Of a DNA stretch of 64,000 nt, positions 1 to 9,389 are shown piece after piece. The stretch lies in the NCBI GenBank assembly GCA_000092065.1, contig CP000594.1. One strand, 5' to 3'. The DNA comes from Ostreococcus lucimarinus. Its lineage: Eukaryota. Under the pieces are notes generated by a model. It saw only the letters and a list, made by a program, of their open reading frames with translations. It had not been told where the DNA came from and did not search any database. The translations under genes were made by a program, and so were the position numbers. Numbering within the stretch: the stretch's first letter is position 1; every line of letters starts with the position of its first letter.

Positions 1-1067
1 CGAGAGAGCAAGCGCGCCAAAGAAATCACCATCGTCGGCGCCGTGTTCAAGTTCGCATTCGCCACGGCGGCGATGGGCGCCATCAGCCCTACGATCGTGT
101 CCGCGCTCACGCCTTCGCTGCCGTCATCGGCATCCATCGTGGGCGAATTTGCGAGCGCCAGAAGCGCTTCCGTGGCGTGTTGCGTGAGCAAAGGCTCATC
201 CAAATCCAATAATCCCGCGCACGCATCCGCGCACGCCCCGCACGCGGGTTCGGCGAGTTCGGGCAACAAAACCTTCATCGCGCCGAGCATGTACAGCGCC
301 TCCGTCGCCGCCGCCGTCGCGCGCGCGCGAGCATCTTTCGCACCCGCCGCACCTCGCGCCTTTTGCATCTCCGCCGCCGCGCGTTCGGGCGCCTCGCCAA
401 TCTTTCTCGCGAACGCCGCCGTCATCTCCCCGTACGCCGCCGCGCGCGCCGCGTCCCCACGCACCCTTCGCACGACGTCTCCCAGCGCGTGCACCGCCGC
501 CTTCCGCACCTTTGGCCTTCCATCGATCGACAGATTCAACGTCGCCTGAAACGCGCGCTTCCCGTGTTTCTCGCTCGTCTCTCCTCCCGACTCGCCCTTC
601 GTCGTCGCCGCCGCCGCCGCGCACGACGCCAACAATCTCGCCACGTGTCGCATGCTCTTCGGCGACCTCTCGCTCACCACTCGTCCGCATCCCATCACCA
701 CCTCGATCGTCCGCTCCATCTTCGCCCGTATCACGCGTCCATCGACGTCCGCCGCCGCCTCGGCCGCGCACGCGCACACCGCCTCGAGCGCCTCCAGCGC
801 GTCCTCGCTCCCGTCCGTCCCCGCCCGCGCGCTCGCCCGCTCCAGCGCCCCGAACGCCGCCGCGAACACCGACGTCGCGTTCACTCGCATGTCTCCCTCC
901 GCGATCGCGCGCTCGACCGCGTCGCACGCGCGCACGACGCGCGCCGAGCTCGCGCTCGCGCTTCGTCCGTGCGCGCGCCGCAACCGCTCGAGCGCGCCCT
1001 CGGGCGTCGCGCGCGCGTCGCGCGCGTCCGCGGTCGGGCGCGCGTCGTCGTCATCGCTCGACGCCAT
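1..1067 (-). CDS. Partial CDS (N-terminal ~355 aa; gene continues past window start): Ala/Leu-rich helical-repeat (ARM/HEAT-like) protein, begins MASSDDDDARPTADARD
   Basis: Manual minus-strand translation from the ATG at ~1067 runs without stops to position 1. Composition is protein-like (…ALGDVVRRVRGDAARAAAYGEMTAAFARKIGEAPERAAAEMQKARGAAG…EALYMLGAMKVLLPELAEP…TQHATEALLALANSPTMDADD…). It is absent from the ORF track, presumably because there is no stop inside the window. The listed ORFs over this interval (43..549, 196..927, 363..1250, 512..1429, 652..1320) are R/G/P/S-rich frame artefacts of 70% GC DNA. Confidence 0.4.
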   Translation of the reverse strand, partial: MASSDDDDARPTADARDARATPEGALERLRRAHGRSASASSARVVRACDAVERAIAEGDMRVNATSVFAAAFGALERASARAGTDGSEDALEALEAVCACAAEAAADVDGRVIRAKMERTIEVVMGCGRVVSERSPKSMRHVARLLASCAAAAATTKGESGGETSEKHGKRAFQATLNLSIDGRPKVRKAAVHALGDVVRRVRGDAARAAAYGEMTAAFARKIGEAPERAAAEMQKARGAAGAKDARARATAAATEALYMLGAMKVLLPELAEPACGACADACAGLLDLDEPLLTQHATEALLALANSPTMDADDGSEGVSADTIVGLMAPIAAVANANLNTAPTMVISLARLLS

Positions 1068-1371
1068 CGCGTCGAGCGCGTCGAGCGCGTCGAGCGTCGG
1101 CGCGCGCGCGAATGGCGTCGCGCGCGCGTGGCGGCGGATGGCGGCGATCGACGTCGCGCGCTCGATCCGACGCCGTTCGCGCGGCGCGCGCGGAGGGGCG
1201 CGCGCGAGCGTTTTTATCGGCGAGTCCGTCCGCGCGACGACGCGCGATGACTCGCGTCGCGTCCACGCGCGACGATTCATTCATTCGTGCATTCATTCAC
1301 GGTTCGCTGGCTACCGCTAACGCGCGCGCCGGCGCTGGCTATCGCCGATGCGCGCGACGACGCGCGCGCGA

Positions 1372-1614
1372 TCACGCGCCCTCGAGCGTCGCCGCGCGCG
1401 CCTCGCGCACGGCGCCCGCGAAGGCGTAGAACTGCGCGACGCTCATCTCCATCTGCTCGAACCAACGCCCGTCTCGCGCGTCGTCGTCGCTTCGCGCGTC
1501 GTCGTCCTCGAGCGTCAGCCTGACGACGACGCGCGAGACGCCGCTGGCGTTCGTCTCGCTCGTGCTCGCGGTCACGGCGAGGCGCCAGGCGAGATCGACG
1601 CACCGCGGCGGCAT
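1372..1614 (-). CDS. Small hypothetical protein (80 aa), ATG start confirmed
   Basis: ORF with a non-degenerate composition (…WFEQMEMSVAQFYAFAGAVREARAATLEGA). It may equally be an upstream exon or UTR of the neighbouring genes. Confidence 0.15.
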   Translation of the reverse strand: MPPRCVDLAWRLAVTASTSETNASGVSRVVVRLTLEDDDARSDDDARDGRWFEQMEMSVAQFYAFAGAVREARAATLEGA

Positions 1615-1646
1615 GGAGTGCGGCGCGCGCGGGACACCGCGACGCG

Positions 1647-2657
1647 ATGGCGAACCCGTTCGCGACGCTCGACGGCGACGCGCGCGGCGACGACGGGCGA
1701 GACGACGGCGAGAGTGGCGACGCGGCGCGCGGCGCGCGCGCGGCGACGGCGGCGACGCGCGCGAGACGGACGACGACGACGACGACGAGGGCGGCGAAGA
1801 AGCGCGAGACGGCGGCGCGGCGAGCCGAGGCGGAGGCGATGCGCGCGCGCGCGCACGCGGCGATGGCGATGGAAAAACGAGAGGACGATCGTTGGGGGAA
1901 GGTGGCGAAGGGATCGGGAATCGCGAGGAAGGCGGCGAAGGAGATGGCGAAGACGATGACGACGACGGCGGCGAGGGACGACGACGACGCGACTGGAGAG
2001 ACGACGACGGAGACGACGGAGACGACGGAGACGACGACGACGACGAGTGATGCGATGGCGAAGGTGAGTGAGGTGTTCTGGCACACGTTCGAGGACACGG
2101 GGGCGTCGTGTTGGTGCGTGCGAGTGGAGGACGAGGACGGCGAGTCGACGACGATGTCGATTACGAAATCCGTGCCTCGCGCGAGAAAAATTCCGAGCGA
2201 TGGGGGCGAACGACCGGTGTTGGTGAGCGGCGAGATTCGACTATTACTCGCTGAGTGGGACGATCGCACGCGCATCGATCGAGCGAGGCGCGCGAAGGCG
2301 AAATTGAAGGCGGCCAAGGCGGCGGCCAAGGCGGCCGCGGAGGCGGCCGAGGCGCCGGCCGAGGCGCCGGCCGAGGCGCCGGCGGTCGAGACATCGCCCG
2401 CGCCGGTGGCGGAGACGCTGTCCGCGGCACCGCCTGATTTCGGCGCGACGCGTAGAGCGCCGCCGCCCGGGTTCGAAAAACCTGCGTTTCGAGTCGTGCA
2501 CGTGCCGGTTGTCGATCCTGCTGTCGAGGCGAGGCAACGCGAGCTCGAGGCGCAAGTCGCGGCGTTGCAAGCGCAACTCGCCGCACAGCAGATGATGCAA
2601 CAGACGACGTACGCGCCACCGCCGCCAAGCTTTTCGGGAGGATCATCGATCTGGTAA
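1647..2657 (+). CDS. Hypothetical protein: acidic/Thr-rich N-terminus, conserved-looking core (VSEVFWHTFEDTGASCWCVRVEDEDGE…PVLVSGEIRLLLAEWDDR), Ala/Pro-rich repeats and a coiled-coil C-terminus
   Basis: ATG at 1647 confirmed. The TAA stop at 2655 is followed by an AT-rich 3' region. It is convergent with the PDZ gene. Overlapping minus ORFs 1277..2329 and 1572..2084 are R-rich artefacts. Confidence 0.35.
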   Translation: MANPFATLDGDARGDDGRDDGESGDAARGARAATAATRARRTTTTTTRAAKKRETAARRAEAEAMRARAHAAMAMEKREDDRWGKVAKGSGIARKAAKEMAKTMTTTAARDDDDATGETTTETTETTETTTTTSDAMAKVSEVFWHTFEDTGASCWCVRVEDEDGESTTMSITKSVPRARKIPSDGGERPVLVSGEIRLLLAEWDDRTRIDRARRAKAKLKAAKAAAKAAAEAAEAPAEAPAEAPAVETSPAPVAETLSAAPPDFGATRRAPPPGFEKPAFRVVHVPVVDPAVEARQRELEAQVAALQAQLAAQQMMQQTTYAPPPPSFSGGSSIW

Positions 2658-2732
2658 CTCGTTATTTGTTCGTTGTAATTGTCACATTGACAAATCTAGC
2701 AAACGCGAGCGCAAAATAATCTACAAATAATC

Positions 2733-3185
2733 TCAAGACGATTCTTCGTCGTCGCAACGCTGGAACTCGAGCTTCATCTTTCGAGGCGCGGGCCACGTAG
2801 AGATAGCCGCCATAACGACGTCGAACGACTCTCCACGAGTGGAAAATCTGATTTGCTCTTCGCCTTTTTTAACGCTCACTCCGCCGTAGTCCATTTCGCT
2901 GTTGAACACGATCGCCGACGTAGCGATTAATCTATCACCCACGCTAATCAGGCCGCTCTGCTCGGCCGCACCGCCGGGCACGAGTTCTTCGACAAAAATA
3001 TTTCCATTTTTATCGTTCGCCAGAAACATGCCGAGCGGTTTCTTCAGTTCCACCGCGTATCTCGCGCATCCCGGGGGAACCGGTTCGTCGTCCGCCGCCG
3101 CCGCGCGGCGGCGGGTGAGCCGACGCCGAGACGGTCCCGCGCGCGGCGTCGCGACGGCGCAACGAATGGCAGCACTCGTTGTCAT
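2733..3185 (-). CDS. PDZ-domain protein with N-terminal transit-peptide-like region
   Basis: ATG confirmed. PDZ-like core LKKPLGMFLANDKNGNIFVEELVPGGAAEQSGLISVGDRLIATSAIV. The N-terminus is Arg/Ala/Thr-rich and acid-free, like an organellar targeting peptide. Confidence 0.5.
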   Translation of the reverse strand: MTTSAAIRCAVATPRAGPSRRRLTRRRAAAADDEPVPPGCARYAVELKKPLGMFLANDKNGNIFVEELVPGGAAEQSGLISVGDRLIATSAIVFNSEMDYGGVSVKKGEEQIRFSTRGESFDVVMAAISTWPAPRKMKLEFQRCDDEESS

Positions 3186-4387
3186 CTGCGTTCGAAAATA
3201 AGAAGCGAAAAAGTGAAAATGTCAGTCTTCGTCCGCTCGCTCGTTCATCGTCTCAGAGAGTATGGTCACAAAATATCCACATTGGGTATTCGGTAAAGTT
3301 TTTGGGTTAAAGGTTTTCATCTTCCTTGACGACGGCGCGATGAAGTCGAAGAAAAACGAACGTCGAGAACGACGACGACGACGACGGATGTAGCAGGGGT
3401 TCTAGAGGCCGTTAGTCATGGACAGACACGAAGCCCGCTTTACCCAAGCGTCACTCTACGGGCGTCTTCTGACGCGTCCGCGAATCTTTGAATCGCGGCG
3501 CGCACGTTCGAGATAAATCTCGCACCCAACATCGATCGAAAAGTAAAATGAATCCATTCAGCGGCGTGTCAGTGTTTCGTGAATCTTTTCACCGCGCCGA
3601 AACGCTCTAAAGGTGTCCTAAGATATATTGACGAAGTCATCACCCACACCGCCGAAACGGCGAGAAAAACCAAACAAACAAACCAACGATCGCGTCAGGA
3701 ATCAAAAATGATTTCGTTTCAAAGGAAGCCACTGAACACGGAGTCCTCAATTGAACTATGCCTTGATTCGAGCATCACCCGCGTCGTCGTCCGTCGTCTT
3801 CGTCGTCTTCGTCGTCGCTCGACGAGAGAAAAATCCACCCGCCGCTCGCGCGCGTTTCCAAGCCTCAGCTTAACGAGATTCACAAGTTTGATCGTCACCG
3901 AAATCAGATGGTACGGACAAGTGTGTCTCATCATCGGCTTCGCGCGCGCGACGGGCGGTCGCGCGTTTTCGTTTATCCGGCTAGCGTTCCGGCGTCGCGG
4001 GACCGGCCCGCGCGCCTCGCTCACGGTTCGCCGCGTCTCGCGCGTCGGCTCGCGCTCTCGCGCCCGTCCCGAGAGACGCGCGCTCGATCGCGTGCGTCAT
4101 CGCTCGACGGTGGTTTATCTCGGCGCGACCGAGCGCTGCGCGCGTCATGAGCGGGACGCGGCAGTGACTCTAGAGTGGATCGGCCTCTCGCGTTCTCGCG
4201 CGTCGCGTCGTCGTCGTCGTCGTCGTCGTCCTCGTCGCGTCGCGTCGCGTCGTCGCGCACCTCGTCGCGCGTCTCTCGCGCGCGCGTCTCGCGTTCGCGC
4301 GCGCTCGCGTCGCGCGGTGCGGTCGGGTCCGATTCGCCGCCGCCGCCGCACACCGCGACGCCGCGTCGACGCGCCGCGACGACGCGC

Positions 4388-5422
4388 ATGGAGACGGACG
4401 CCGACACCGGACGGGTGCGCGTGAAACCTGCGCTCGAGGCCGTGCGCGCGCACGACGGCCCGCTCGAGATCGATCTCGGGACGCTGCGCGTCGTCGACGC
4501 CGCGCCGCTCGATGTCACCGCCGCCGACTCGGGCGAGGCGGAGGCGCACGCGCGCGAGCGCGCGCGAGACGTCCTCCAGCGCCTGGTCGCGGAGTTGTTC
4601 GCGCTGCCGAGCGAAACGGACGCGCACGGACGGTTCGCGCAGTTGCCCGAACCGACGACGACGTTCCCGAGGCTGCGCGCGTTGCCCCCGAGCGAGGCGC
4701 CGCTGACGAAGTGGGAAAAGTTCGCGAAGGAGAAGGGGATCAAGAAACGGAAGCGAAGCAAGGAGGTGTTCGATGAGAAGACGGATGAATGGAAACGGCG
4801 GTATGGGTATCAACGCGCGAGGGACGGGAACGATGTCATCATCGCGCCGGGGAAGATGACGGACGTGCCGGGGAAGACGGAGGACCCGTTTACGCGCGAG
4901 GAGCGAGAGAAACGGGAACGGACGTTGAAGAATCGAGAGAAACAAGATAAGAATTTGATGAACGCGGTGGCGGAGAAGGGTGCGAAGGCGTTACCGCCGA
5001 CGCTGCGATTGGCGGTGACTGGTAAGAAGGACTCCGTGGGGAGCGGGAAGCTAGGGAAACGGGAGATGAAGGACGTGGCGGCGCGCGTCTCGCACTCCAC
5101 GGCGTCGGTCGGCAAATTCAACGCCCCAGTGCCGGGAGACGATAAGGTCAAGGTTCGCGGCAAGCGACGTCAGTTTGCGAGCGTGACGGATATGGATTCT
5201 GAGCGTAAGAAGAGCTCGGAAATCATCGATAAGTTGCTCGCGAAGGAGAAGCGCGGCGGCGTCGTCGACGTCAACGCGGCGGCGCGGAAGATTCAGCAAG
5301 AGAAGGAAAAGGCGAACCGCGTGAGCAAGCGCAAGAAGGCTGACGGCGAGAGTAAGGAGCGGGCGTCCGGTAAGCGAGGGAAACCATCCGCAGCCGGAGG
5401 CGCTCGCGCGAAGAAGAAGTGA
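4388..5422 (+). CDS. RRS1: Ribosome biogenesis regulatory protein RRS1 homolog
   Basis: LEIDLGTLRVVD … PLTKWEKFAKEKGIKKRKRSKEVFDEKTDEWKRRYGY … a lysine-rich C-terminus matches the RRS1 family signature (W-x-KFAK-x-KGI). The track ORF 4175..5422 begins at a GTG, and the first ATG in frame is at 4388 (METDADTG). The upstream part is Ser/Arg low-complexity. Confidence 0.7.
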   Translation: METDADTGRVRVKPALEAVRAHDGPLEIDLGTLRVVDAAPLDVTAADSGEAEAHARERARDVLQRLVAELFALPSETDAHGRFAQLPEPTTTFPRLRALPPSEAPLTKWEKFAKEKGIKKRKRSKEVFDEKTDEWKRRYGYQRARDGNDVIIAPGKMTDVPGKTEDPFTREEREKRERTLKNREKQDKNLMNAVAEKGAKALPPTLRLAVTGKKDSVGSGKLGKREMKDVAARVSHSTASVGKFNAPVPGDDKVKVRGKRRQFASVTDMDSERKKSSEIIDKLLAKEKRGGVVDVNAAARKIQQEKEKANRVSKRKKADGESKERASGKRGKPSAAGGARAKKK

Positions 5423-5582
5423 TTAGATTGTGATATAACCAAACGACGACACGACGTTAAAGAACCGTAACAAACATCGCGAGTACATGTCGCGACCCGG
5501 GGCGACCACGACTTATGTTCCCTCGTATAGTTGCGTCTTCTCATAGTGATTTGAAGTCGTAAAGTATGAAAAAAGTTGGTGA

Positions 5583-5680
5583 TCAACAGGTCCGGAGTTC
5601 GATTCTCCGAGGCCCCTACGACAGACCCATACCTAGGGCACTCGGGGTCTTAGCTCAGTGGTAGAGCGGTTGACTGCAGT
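5583..5680 (+). tRNA. Permuted tRNA-Cys(GCA): 3' half (5583-5617: anticodon-stem 3' strand TCAAC, V-loop AGGTC, T-arm CGGAG/TTCGATT/CTCCG, acceptor 3' strand AGGCCCC + discriminator T), 26-nt linker, then 5' half (5644-5680: acceptor GGGGTCT, D-arm GCTC/AGTGGTA/GAGC, anticodon-stem 5' strand GTTGA, loop CTGCAGT)
   Basis: All stems pair canonically when the upstream 3' half is joined to the downstream 5' half (acceptor 7 bp with one G-U, D 4 bp, T 5 bp, anticodon stem GTTGA/TCAAC). There is no T-arm downstream of the 5' half and no 5' half upstream of the 3' half, so the halves are circularly permuted with the breakpoint in the anticodon loop after position ~37. Confidence 0.55.
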
Positions 5681-5810
5681 TAAAAACCATTTCTTTTTTG
5701 GACGTTTCTCGTCTCGACGCGTTTAGGGCACTCGGGGTCTTAGCTCAGTGGTAGAGCGGTTGACTGCAGTTAAAAACCATTTCTTTTTTGGACGTTTCTC
5801 GTCTCGACGC
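5631..5810 (+). repeat. 90-bp x2 tandem duplication containing a second, orphan copy of the tRNA-Cys 5' half (5734-5770)
   Basis: 5631-5720 and 5721-5810 are identical by eye. Confidence 0.8.
5693..5698 (+). terminator. Oligo-T (T6) run downstream of the tRNA 5' half, a candidate RNA polymerase III terminator
   Basis: tttttt lies 13 nt after the anticodon-loop breakpoint and repeats in the tandem copy at 5783-5788. Confidence 0.3.
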
Positions 5811-5909
5811 GTAACGCGATAGACGTGCGCGCGCCGACGTGTCTTCGTGATGTCTTCGTCTAAATCAGCACTTCACTTTTTATCACAATAGTTGACGACG
5901 ACGACGCGT

Positions 5910-7706
5910 CTATTTCTTCGCGACGACTTGCGCGAAGCTCACTTTGACCTTCTTCGCCGCCGCGGTCTCCGTCCCCGCGTGTAAATCATCGTTGAGCGAG
6001 TCCAATTGCGTGATTGAATCGTCTTCTTGCATTTCTTTGCGTTTGCGAGCCGCCTTCGTATCGTCTCCCAGGGGCAAAGGTTTCTCTTCGGAGATTTTCT
6101 TTTCCTCGTCCTCCGCGCTCGCCGCTTTCTTCTCCTTCTCCGGCGCGTAGATGTCCTTGACGTAGCCGTCGATTTCTTCTTTCACGAAGCTCGGTAAATC
6201 CTTGCGCTTCAAATATTTGACGTTCGCCTGCATCCCGGGTACCCAGTTCGATTCCCCAGTCGCGCGATCCATCCACGACGTCACAGTCATTTGGAACTGC
6301 TCCACCGCGGGATTCAAGTTGAGCGAAACCTTCTCCTCCTTCTTCTTCAGGCTCGAAGGAAATAACCCCAAGAACAGCGTGACGTGCGAGTTTTCGTCCT
6401 TCTCCGGATCTTTGTACCTCGACGTGCCGGGATGCGCAAGCATTTGCCCTCCCGTGGCGTTTTCGATGCCTTGGATTAAAAGCTTGATTCGCGAGCCGAC
6501 CCAACCTTCCCACTTCTTAAAGTCATCTTCGTTCTTGGCCGAGATGGTAACCATCAAATAATGCTTGTATTTTTCTAAAAAGTTCAACGAACACCACAGC
6601 TGCTCCCACTTCGCGGTGTTTAAAAGAATCATCTTGGTCACTTCCTTGCCGCGCTTGAACTCGGCTTTGAGCACCTCGAGCGTGCTGACGCTCACGTTGA
6701 ACGTAGAGTTTTGCGCCGGATACGCCGGAGTTAAGATTTTCATCAACTGATATCGCTCTGCCTTGTTCACACGCTCGTCCCACACTCGCATCCCGGGTAA
6801 GCCTTCGTCGACGATGGGTACGAGCATCACCGGCGTCGTCCATTGCCACGCCGACCATAGTTGGAAAAAGCTGTACACGAGCATGGAAGGTGCGGCGTTG
6901 GGGTACAACTGACACACGCGCGCTACTAAAATCGCCAGGTTTACGCCACCGAAAAACCCGACGACGTTGCTATACACCCCGCGCCGCTGCGCCCACAGAC
7001 GCAACGTGCGAAGCGCCACTCGAAACGCGTCGTGGTTTGGCACGACGCGCAACAACTGATCCGCCACGCGACAACCATTCAGGGATTTCACCCCTGGGTC
7101 GTCCAAATTCATCATCACCGACGTCTGACACACGTCTAAGTCCTCTGGCACGTGCGTGTACGACGGTAAGCTCGTGTACGCCATATCTATTTCAAAACCT
7201 CTAAACACGAGTTTGATTTCTGGCACGATGGCGTCGCGCACGGGCACGATGCTCTCCGTTCCAGGGTGTTTCCGCATCACGTCATAAAACGACCCTTCGT
7301 AATCATTCTCATCCCATCCAAAGAAATCCTCCTCTCGGCTCAGATGTCTCGGCCCGAGGCACAGCGTATCGATATCCGCAGCCGGTCCGTGCACGCCCAA
7401 TCTATAGCTCCCAAACGTGTACAAGTTACACGACGGCCGCATATCCTCTGTGATCCCCTTTCGCTCGCTCGCCGCCAGCACCCAGTCTTGCAACAACGCG
7501 TTTATCTCCCCCAGCACCTCCTCGCGTCGCACGCACTCGTCCGCGTCTTCGTACACGTCCTCTTCCCGCAGTTTGTCATCGAGCGCCTTGCTCAACTTTT
7601 CGTCGAACGCCGTCGGCATCTCGTTCGACATCACGCGATTCAGCGCCTCCGCGGACGCCGACTGGGTCATGACCGACGGTGCGGAGGGCGTCTGCGCGCC
7701 GATCAT
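5910..7706 (-). CDS. PAP: Nuclear poly(A) polymerase (canonical PAP)
   Basis: ATG confirmed. Nucleotidyltransferase motif LYTFGSYRLGVHGPAADIDTLCLGP. PAP central-domain motifs (VPEIKLVFRGFEIDMAYTSL, VNLAILVARVCQLYPNA). Lys/Glu-rich C-terminus with an NLS-like KKVKV. Confidence 0.85.
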   Translation of the reverse strand: MIGAQTPSAPSVMTQSASAEALNRVMSNEMPTAFDEKLSKALDDKLREEDVYEDADECVRREEVLGEINALLQDWVLAASERKGITEDMRPSCNLYTFGSYRLGVHGPAADIDTLCLGPRHLSREEDFFGWDENDYEGSFYDVMRKHPGTESIVPVRDAIVPEIKLVFRGFEIDMAYTSLPSYTHVPEDLDVCQTSVMMNLDDPGVKSLNGCRVADQLLRVVPNHDAFRVALRTLRLWAQRRGVYSNVVGFFGGVNLAILVARVCQLYPNAAPSMLVYSFFQLWSAWQWTTPVMLVPIVDEGLPGMRVWDERVNKAERYQLMKILTPAYPAQNSTFNVSVSTLEVLKAEFKRGKEVTKMILLNTAKWEQLWCSLNFLEKYKHYLMVTISAKNEDDFKKWEGWVGSRIKLLIQGIENATGGQMLAHPGTSRYKDPEKDENSHVTLFLGLFPSSLKKKEEKVSLNLNPAVEQFQMTVTSWMDRATGESNWVPGMQANVKYLKRKDLPSFVKEEIDGYVKDIYAPEKEKKAASAEDEEKKISEEKPLPLGDDTKAARKRKEMQEDDSITQLDSLNDDLHAGTETAAAKKVKVSFAQVVAKK

Positions 7707-7833
7707 GATCGCGGGCGACGACGCGCGCGCGTCGATCGCGTCGGAGTGTGAAGTCGGGCGCGATTAATTTCGACGGCGCGACCGTATTTCGCGGCGCGCG
7801 CGCGCGCGTTCGTTCGCGCGCGATTCGGTTTCG

Positions 7834-8724
7834 ATGCTCGGGACTCAATCTCGCGGTCACGCCGCGGGCGATCGCAAGAGCGCGCTCGTGCGCTACGGAC
7901 TCGTGGCGATCGCGTTGATGAATGTCGGTGTCGAATTGATTAAGATGTACTTTGGAACGAGCGCGCGCGGCGTGGAGGGGCGATACGGACGCGTGCGCGC
8001 GGAGGTGGCGTCGGTAAATCATCGCACGTCGTCGCTCGAGCGGACGATGCCGCGCGCGGATGCGCTGGCGCCCGAGGTGGAGGAGACGCGGGCCGAAACG
8101 GCGGCGGCGACGGCGCTGGCGCCCGAGGTGGAGGAGACGACGACGCCGGCGAACGTTCGGCGGCGAGAGAGAGAGTGCGGTTCGCCCGCCGTCGATGGCT
8201 ACGCGCACGTAAATTTGACGTGCTTGGCGATGAGTGCGACGGCGAGAGAATTCGCTCACGCGTCGGCGAGCGGGCGCGAGAAGTTGCGAGCGCACATCGA
8301 AGAACACGCGTCGTACGACGGCGTGGCGGTTCGTTGGGGAATCCATCACACGACGGAAACCGCGGAGGAGTGCGGTGAGCGGTGCAAAGAACACGTGGTA
8401 AAGCCGGACGGAATCGGTGCAGAAGTTTTGCCGTGCAACGTGTTCGTTTGGTGTCCCAAAGACGTCGGTGAGGGCGGTTGCTTTGAACCAGACGCGCACC
8501 AGCACTTCGCGGGCGACTGTTGGCTCAAGTTTAGCGAGACTCCGGAGAACGTCGAGGTGAACCAGCGAGGGGCCAACGACGCACCTGGGTTCGTGAATAA
8601 GGATGGAAAGACGTTCGCCGAGCGACACGCGAACGCGCCGAAATTAGTCCATTGGTCGAGCGGCGTGCTGCTTCCGGAATCGATGACAGCTTCGAGCACG
8701 CTCGGGCCGCGCGCAACGTGGTAG
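7834..8724 (+). CDS. Hypothetical membrane-anchored/secreted Cys-rich protein
   Basis: ATG confirmed. Hydrophobic N-terminus (LVRYGLVAIALMNVGVELI) and a C-terminal half with 7 Cys. It is divergent from PAP with a 127-bp shared promoter region, and is the last gene before the GC drop. Confidence 0.35.
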   Translation: MLGTQSRGHAAGDRKSALVRYGLVAIALMNVGVELIKMYFGTSARGVEGRYGRVRAEVASVNHRTSSLERTMPRADALAPEVEETRAETAAATALAPEVEETTTPANVRRRERECGSPAVDGYAHVNLTCLAMSATAREFAHASASGREKLRAHIEEHASYDGVAVRWGIHHTTETAEECGERCKEHVVKPDGIGAEVLPCNVFVWCPKDVGEGGCFEPDAHQHFAGDCWLKFSETPENVEVNQRGANDAPGFVNKDGKTFAERHANAPKLVHWSSGVLLPESMTASSTLGPRATW

Positions 8725-8768
8725 ACATGTAGAAAATTTGTTGTTATACATATACTTGTACACTTTGA

Positions 8769-9389
8769 TTACTGTACGCGGGCCATCCAGTTTGCAGGCG
8801 GTGACCAGGTTGTCACCGCCGCATGGTGATCTCTCTGGTCTTTAGGTGGGCAAGGCCCCATAGCCAAAAACTTCAAAGAACTACTATATTCCAGCGTGTC
8901 CAGTGCTTCCACATTGCGAAGCTTTTCGTCATCTCTTTTTTCCACCAACACGCAGAATTCATTTACTTCCACTGCCCAGGCCTGGCCGGTGTTTCTTTCT
9001 ATTTTGTACATGCCGGCTCTGCATTGGAGGCCCATATTGAAAAGCTTAGCCTCGTTGACTTGCTAACAAACTTTCTCAAATGCCTCTACCATTTTCGGCG
9101 GTGTGCAACCCACCGGGAAGCGTATAGCAGACCAGCATCGGATCGTTTCACAAATGGGCCACCCCCCCATGTCCTTCAGTGCGCCGTTCAAGATATCTAC
9201 AAGCTCGATCGCCACGGGTGAGTTTCTCGACCAATCTGGGTCACGGGCACGCATGTAGAGAGGCGACGGCGCATGGGTTTTCAGCAGGGGGGCGATGCGC
9301 CAGGACGTGAAGTCGTGTTTCCCCTGAACTTGAAGAACTGCGAGCAGGTCGGGGTGATAGAATGCTGGGGTGCTCAGGCAACAACCCAT
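8769..9389 (-). pseudogene. MGCCLS… (N-myristoylation/palmitoylation-like start) hypothetical ORF interrupted by a single in-frame TAG at 9063-9065. Track ORFs 9063..9389 and 8769..9035 are the same frame.
   Basis: Both ORFs share a frame (start coordinates are both 2 mod 3). Only one stop and 9 codons separate them. Both halves have a non-degenerate composition. Confidence 0.3.

Noticed and set aside
43-2329. Many long overlapping ORFs in all frames of the GC-rich head (43..549, 196..927, 363..1250, 512..1429, 652..1320, 1277..2329, 1348..1959, 1562..2050, 1572..2084)
   Set aside because: Their R/G/P/S/A-rich low-complexity translations are typical of wrong-frame reading of ~70% GC coding DNA. 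They are antisense or out of frame relative to better protein-like frames.
3579-4424. ORF 3579..4424 (+) and the upstream part of 4175..5422
   Set aside because: Arg/Ser low-complexity. The RRS1 homology begins only after the first ATG (4388), and the listed start is a GTG.
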